DNA of 32,000 nucleotides from Cylindrospermopsis raciborskii Cr2010 (GTDB taxonomy: Bacteria > Cyanobacteriota > Cyanobacteriia > Cyanobacteriales > Nostocaceae). The DNA lies in assembly GCF_003367075.2 (NCBI RefSeq), contig NZ_CP065936.1:1710001-1742000 (forward strand). Direction: 5' to 3'. Shown here in pieces: positions 28,051-32,000 of this stretch. The first letter of the stretch is position 1. Every line of letters starts with the position of its first letter. The position numbers were made by a program, and so were the translations under genes. The notes beneath the pieces are model-generated. The model was not told where the DNA came from, did not search any database, and saw nothing but the letters and a program-made list of their open reading frames with translations.

Positions 28051-29634
28051 TTGTTATGGGGTAAAAGACCTGTGATTGAGGCTGAGGTTCATTTGTCATT
28101 ACATAATTTCCTGCGCTCCCAGGTGGGTTTTCCAACTTGGCCTCATCACCTAACGATGGCAAGGTTGGTAGCTAGGGCTTTTCGTTTGGGACGTAGTGCT
28201 TTAATTCAAGTTGGAGCTCTTTGTGGTTATCAAGGAAGATACCGAACAAGTTTTATTGCCTCCGCTTTAATGTGGCCTGGTCCAGTAATTATCGTAGCAT
28301 TACCAGAAATCCAGCAAAGATTGCTCAAGATAGAAATACCTCGTCTTGAACAGTGGTTAGGAACAACTAAATCTATTAGAGTAGGTGATGTTTGGCCTGA
28401 TCCCGATTTTAAAGGTTTACTACTAACCTCTCCTCAAGCGTGGCTAAAAGAGCAGTTGAGTAATGAACATGTTGGTTTCCCTCCCCATATTCCTACTATT
28501 ATTGATGGTGTAGACGATCTAGAAGATTGGGTACGTAATCAGCTGACCCAAAACCTTGATCCCCAGTCCTGGGATCAGCTAATATGGGCTTGTCCCCACC
28601 AAGCGGATTTAATCCGGGAAGTGAGGGTAAAATTAACTCATGAATTGTTTCAGCATCCAGAAAATCCATACCACTGTTATCTAATTTGCCAACGGGAAAT
28701 TGAAATTTTACAAACTCTGTTTTCTGCTTTAAATCCTGACCATCTCCCAGCTATATGGCGTAGTTTTCAGGCATGTTTCTACAACGCTATTGATAATTCC
28801 GTAACACCTGTTGGTCTGACTTCTTCCCTTTTTTGGGCCACTGTTGCTCGTCGTCAAGGTCTATTTTATTTACATTGTGCACCCGTAGAATTAGCGACGA
28901 AATTAGCACCAATTTGGCAACGACAACCGGTGGTGTTAATTGGTAGTGCTTTGGAACCAGAAACGGAAGCACCCCTGTTTCGCCAGGGATTGGGTTTAGT
29001 AGATGTAACTTGTTTGAAGTTCTCCAGTGACAATCACAGTGAAGCTATTCAACTTTATGTACCCCATAAGTTACCTTTGCCCAATACACCGGAATTTCAA
29101 TCTTCGTTTATTCATCAAGTCCGCACCCTGATTTGTTTGAGTACCACGGCTTTGGGTCTAACTGTAGTGTTGGTCGGTGACGTACCTCTCAAAAGTAGAG
29201 TAGCAGCGATTTTGGCTGCTGACTTCGGTTCACGAGTTCAAGTGGAAAAAACTTGTTTGGATGATAATGGTATTCTGGTTAGTGGTTGGGAATTTTGGCG
29301 ATCGCACCAGAGTGTTTTGCCTGCACCCCAGTTATTGATTATTGCTACTTTACCCCTACCATCCTTAGAGAACCCTTTAGTAGCTGGTAGGGTGGCTTAT
29401 TACAAGCGATCGCACCAGGACTGGTTTAGACTGTACCTACTACCCACTGCGCTGAGTGAGTTACAACGGGCCCTAGCTCCGGTGAGAGAAAGTCAGGGGA
29501 TAGTGGCCTTATTAGATAGTCGTGTGGTCAATCGTAGTTATGGATCCCAGATTCTTGCTTGTCTTAGCCCTCGAGCACGCTTAGACTATCTTGATCCCAG
29601 TCTTTTTTCTTCCCATACTCCAGAAAACTATTGA
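28051..29634 (+). CDS. Conserved hypothetical protein (527 aa; start TTG or a later codon)
   Basis: Long ORF with no recognised motif; the first codon of the ORF is TTG. Confidence 0.65.
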   Translation: MLWGKRPVIEAEVHLSLHNFLRSQVGFPTWPHHLTMARLVARAFRLGRSALIQVGALCGYQGRYRTSFIASALMWPGPVIIVALPEIQQRLLKIEIPRLEQWLGTTKSIRVGDVWPDPDFKGLLLTSPQAWLKEQLSNEHVGFPPHIPTIIDGVDDLEDWVRNQLTQNLDPQSWDQLIWACPHQADLIREVRVKLTHELFQHPENPYHCYLICQREIEILQTLFSALNPDHLPAIWRSFQACFYNAIDNSVTPVGLTSSLFWATVARRQGLFYLHCAPVELATKLAPIWQRQPVVLIGSALEPETEAPLFRQGLGLVDVTCLKFSSDNHSEAIQLYVPHKLPLPNTPEFQSSFIHQVRTLICLSTTALGLTVVLVGDVPLKSRVAAILAADFGSRVQVEKTCLDDNGILVSGWEFWRSHQSVLPAPQLLIIATLPLPSLENPLVAGRVAYYKRSHQDWFRLYLLPTALSELQRALAPVRESQGIVALLDSRVVNRSYGSQILACLSPRARLDYLDPSLFSSHTPENY

Positions 29635-29734
29635 TGAATTTGAGAGGAAACTAAGTACCTTAATAGCAAACCTTAAATATACTAGTAAGTGAAACGAAAT
29701 CAAACCTGAGATTAACTGAAATCAATTATTTGTT

Positions 29735-29950
29735 ATGGGTGAAGCAAAACGTCGGAAAAATACCATGGGGGAGAACTATGGACAAGAAACCCCCATATTG
29801 CCATGGGTTCCCATTACTAAGTCTCAAGCAGAACTTTTTGTGAAAATAACCACTCGCGGAGCATGGATTGGTATTGGAACTATGGTAGCTATATGGGTGA
29901 CTATCCGTTTTATCGGACCCGCTTTTGGATGGTGGCAAGTAGTGGATTAG
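29735..29950 (+). CDS. DUF2839-type small membrane protein (71 aa)
   Basis: 'MGEAKRRKNTMGENYGQETPILPWVPITKSQAELFVKITTRGAWIGIGTMVAIWVTIRFIGPAFGWW'. Confidence 0.7.
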   Translation: MGEAKRRKNTMGENYGQETPILPWVPITKSQAELFVKITTRGAWIGIGTMVAIWVTIRFIGPAFGWWQVVD

Positions 29951-30212
29951 GTTAATGAGTATGATTTAATTTAAGCTAGCTGGAAATATCTTAGTGGGAG
30001 CTATAGTTAAGAAATAATGCTAGGTCCTCTCAAAATTGCCTATGGAGGTGTAATATCCAACTATTGCCAATTTGACTAAGATTTAGGTTAGGCTAATTGC
30101 TAACCTAAGCATTTATCCAAAACTTTTAGAGATAGAGTACAATAACAAGGGACAGGAAAATCTAAAGAAAATATAAAACATTCTCAAATGACCGTGGTGT
30201 CTGGAGGAAAAA

Positions 30213-30554
30213 ATGTTTCTGAGACTAGCATACGAACATAGACAATTTGTGCAAGAGTTGGTAATGAACTTACAAGCTCTGGCCATGGTTCTAGAACGCA
30301 AGGGTTACCCAGCTTCTTGCTACACCTGTGGGGATCAAATGAACAGTGCTTCATTTATGGTGGGTTTGGGGAATAATCACCTCATCCGCTTTCTGGTGTC
30401 TGACTATGGGATTACCTGGACCGAAATGAGGGATGACCGGGAATTGATGAAGTTAGAAGGAGCGGAAGCAATCCAACAATTACAAGAACTAGCTAATCTG
30501 GTTAAACAGTCTATAGAACCTTGTACAAATCAGAAAGCTCTAATTAGGAAGTAA
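30213..30554 (+). CDS. DUF1815-type conserved cyanobacterial protein (113 aa)
   Basis: 'MFLRLAYEHRQFVQELVMNLQALAMVLERKGYPASCYTCGDQMNSASFMVGLGNNHLIRFLVSDYGITWTEMRDDREL'. Confidence 0.75.
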   Translation: MFLRLAYEHRQFVQELVMNLQALAMVLERKGYPASCYTCGDQMNSASFMVGLGNNHLIRFLVSDYGITWTEMRDDRELMKLEGAEAIQQLQELANLVKQSIEPCTNQKALIRK

Positions 30555-30572
30555 GGAAGTTATTTTGTATAG

Positions 30573-31070
30573 ATGAGCAACACAACATCAGGTCAAGGAA
30601 CTTTACCACCAGCAAGTGCAATTGACAAGTTAACAAAGAATGAAGTTGATACCTGGTTTGACTATCCCATCAGAGTACAACCTCATCATACGGATTATGC
30701 AGGATTAGTTTGGCATGGTACATACTTAACTTGGATGGAGGAGGCACGAGTAGAGTGTTTACGCTCCTTTGGTGTTGATTATGCTGATTTGGTAGCCTTG
30801 GGGTGTGATCTACCAGTTGTAGAACTGTCTATACGCTATCATATATCACTACAATTAGGGAATATGGCTTTGGTCAAAACCCGCATGTTAGAAGTTACAG
30901 GTGTGCGAATCAACTGGGACTATAAAATTGTCTCCCTTGATAATCAGGAATTATGTGTAACTGCTCAAGTAAGTTTAGTAGCATTAGATAGGGAAAGGGG
31001 TAAAATTATGCGTCAGTTACCCGCCACATTCCAGGAGGTGATCGCTAAAATTGCGGCATCTTATAAGTAG
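30573..31070 (+). CDS. Hotdog-fold acyl-CoA thioesterase (4-hydroxybenzoyl-CoA / DHNA-CoA thioesterase-like)
   Basis: 'YPIRVQPHHTDYAGLVWHGTYLTWMEEARVECLRSFGVDY' hotdog signature. Confidence 0.8.
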   Translation: MSNTTSGQGTLPPASAIDKLTKNEVDTWFDYPIRVQPHHTDYAGLVWHGTYLTWMEEARVECLRSFGVDYADLVALGCDLPVVELSIRYHISLQLGNMALVKTRMLEVTGVRINWDYKIVSLDNQELCVTAQVSLVALDRERGKIMRQLPATFQEVIAKIAASYK

Positions 31071-31099
31071 TTATAAGTTTAAGAAAGTCAAGACACTTG

Positions 31100-31129
31100 C
31101 CTACACCATTTCGCTAAAACTGGTGTAGG
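31100..31129. terminator. Hairpin CCTACACCA-tttcgctaaaac-TGGTGTAGG between convergent genes; possible bidirectional terminator
   Basis: Perfect 9-bp inverted repeat between the ends of the thioesterase (31070) and dxr (31153). Confidence 0.5.
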
Positions 31130-31152
31130 TATATGAGACAGAAATGTTACAG

Positions 31153-32000
31153 TTAGCGGACAGAAATAAATTGTGGTTGTATACTAAAATTTTCAGTGGC
31201 TTTAATTACTTCTTGTCTAGCCCACCTATCTGCTACCAGGATATCCTCTAAAGAAGGATGAGACTGGTTCTGATGGCGATCGCACACCAATTCAATACAG
31301 CGAGCAATATCCAAATAGCCAATTTTTTCTTCTAAAAATAGTGCTACAGCTTGTTCATTAGCTGCATTTAAAACAGCGGGCATAGATCCACCTGCTCTAC
31401 CAGCGGAATAAGCTAAACCCATACAAGGGTATTTGTGATGGTCTGGTTCGCGAAAAGTCAAAGTTCCGCATTTGACTAAATCCAGCCTTTGCCAATTGGT
31501 GTAAATTCTTTCTGGCCAAGACAAAGCATAAAGTAAAGGTAGGCGCATATCTGGCCAACCCAACTGAGCTAAAACAGAGGTATCTTGTAACTCAATTAAA
31601 GAATGAATAATACTTTGGGGATGAATAACAATTTCGATGTCATTGTAGTTCATACCAAATAAATAATGGGCCTCAATAACTTCCAACCCCTTATTCATCA
31701 AAGTTGCTGAATCCACAGTAATTTTTTTACCCATAGACCAGTTAGGATGTTTAAGAGCGTCTGCAACTTTAACTGTAGGTAATTGTTCCACTGGCCAATC
31801 TCTAAAAGCTCCCCCGGAAGCGGTCAACAAAATCTTTTTTAAACCAGCTGGGGGTACACCTTGTAAGCATTGAAAAATAGCGGAATGTTCCGAATCAGCA
31901 GGTAATAACTTGACCCCGTGTTTTTGTACTAGGGGTAAAACCACTGGGCCACCAGCAATTAAAGTTTCTTTATTTGCTAGAGCAATATCCTTACCCGCTT
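31153..32000 (-). CDS. dxr: 1-deoxy-D-xylulose-5-phosphate reductoisomerase, 5' part beyond window edge
   Basis: '[38 protein letters not shown]', '[12 protein letters not shown]', '[26 protein letters not shown]'. The frame is open to 32000, so the track's M at 31944 is internal. Confidence 0.95.
   Translation of the reverse strand, partial: AGKDIALANKETLIAGGPVVLPLVQKHGVKLLPADSEHSAIFQCLQGVPPAGLKKILLTASGGAFRDWPVEQLPTVKVADALKHPNWSMGKKITVDSATLMNKGLEVIEAHYLFGMNYNDIEIVIHPQSIIHSLIELQDTSVLAQLGWPDMRLPLLYALSWPERIYTNWQRLDLVKCGTLTFREPDHHKYPCMGLAYSAGRAGGSMPAVLNAANEQAVALFLEEKIGYLDIARCIELVCDRHQNQSHPSLEDILVADRWARQEVIKATENFSIQPQFISVR

Noticed and set aside
917-31283. GCGATCGC (HIP1) octamers at ~917, 2133, 3307, 4292, 7291, 17405, 24400, 29298, 29406 and 31276, with none noticed between 7.3 and 17.4 kb
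   Set aside because: HIP1 is a known cyanobacterial genomic signature. The gap over the candidate operon could hint at foreign origin, but numbers are too small, counted by eye, and another ~7-kb gap occurs in core genes.
1-32000. tRNA/rRNA genes, transposase genes or prophage genes
   Set aside because: Looked for them, but no cloverleaf-type sequence, DDE/HUH-like motifs or phage structural genes could be supported by reading.

Overview
This window is cyanobacterial chromosome. I infer a filamentous Nostocales-type host from SasA with its KaiB-like N-terminus, DUF1815/2839/2854-type proteins and HIP1 octamers. It has three parts. (1) 1-5.1 kb: a head-to-tail array of at least five near-identical Uma2/DUF820-like nuclease genes on the - strand. 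Their C-terminal coiled-coil tails differ by multiples of 14 aa (42 bp). (2) 5.3-16.7 kb: the most interesting region. A divergently transcribed vWA lipoprotein faces a + strand operon-like run encoding a 4-TM protein, a tubulin/FtsZ-superfamily protein (Tubulin_2-like), a 1086-aa protein with an actin/Hsp70-type ATPase core, a zinc-ribbon protein, two tandem-paralogous membrane/coiled-coil proteins and one soluble coiled-coil protein. The last four share a ~90-aa domain (consensus roughly 'G.YW-I ... LVP ... FxF ... PA ... W.L...G.LEF') that I do not recognise. This looks like a multicomponent cytoskeletal or membrane-remodelling (or conflict-related) system. It is related in logic to previously described tubulin-like plus vWA neighbourhoods but carries extra components. 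(3) 16.7-32 kb: mostly ordinary genes (upp, YggT, SLH protein, sasA, ppk, a sensor kinase, a sigma-like protein, a thioesterase, partial dxr) with a few dispersed hairpin repeats. All calls come from reading the sequence. No database search was run.
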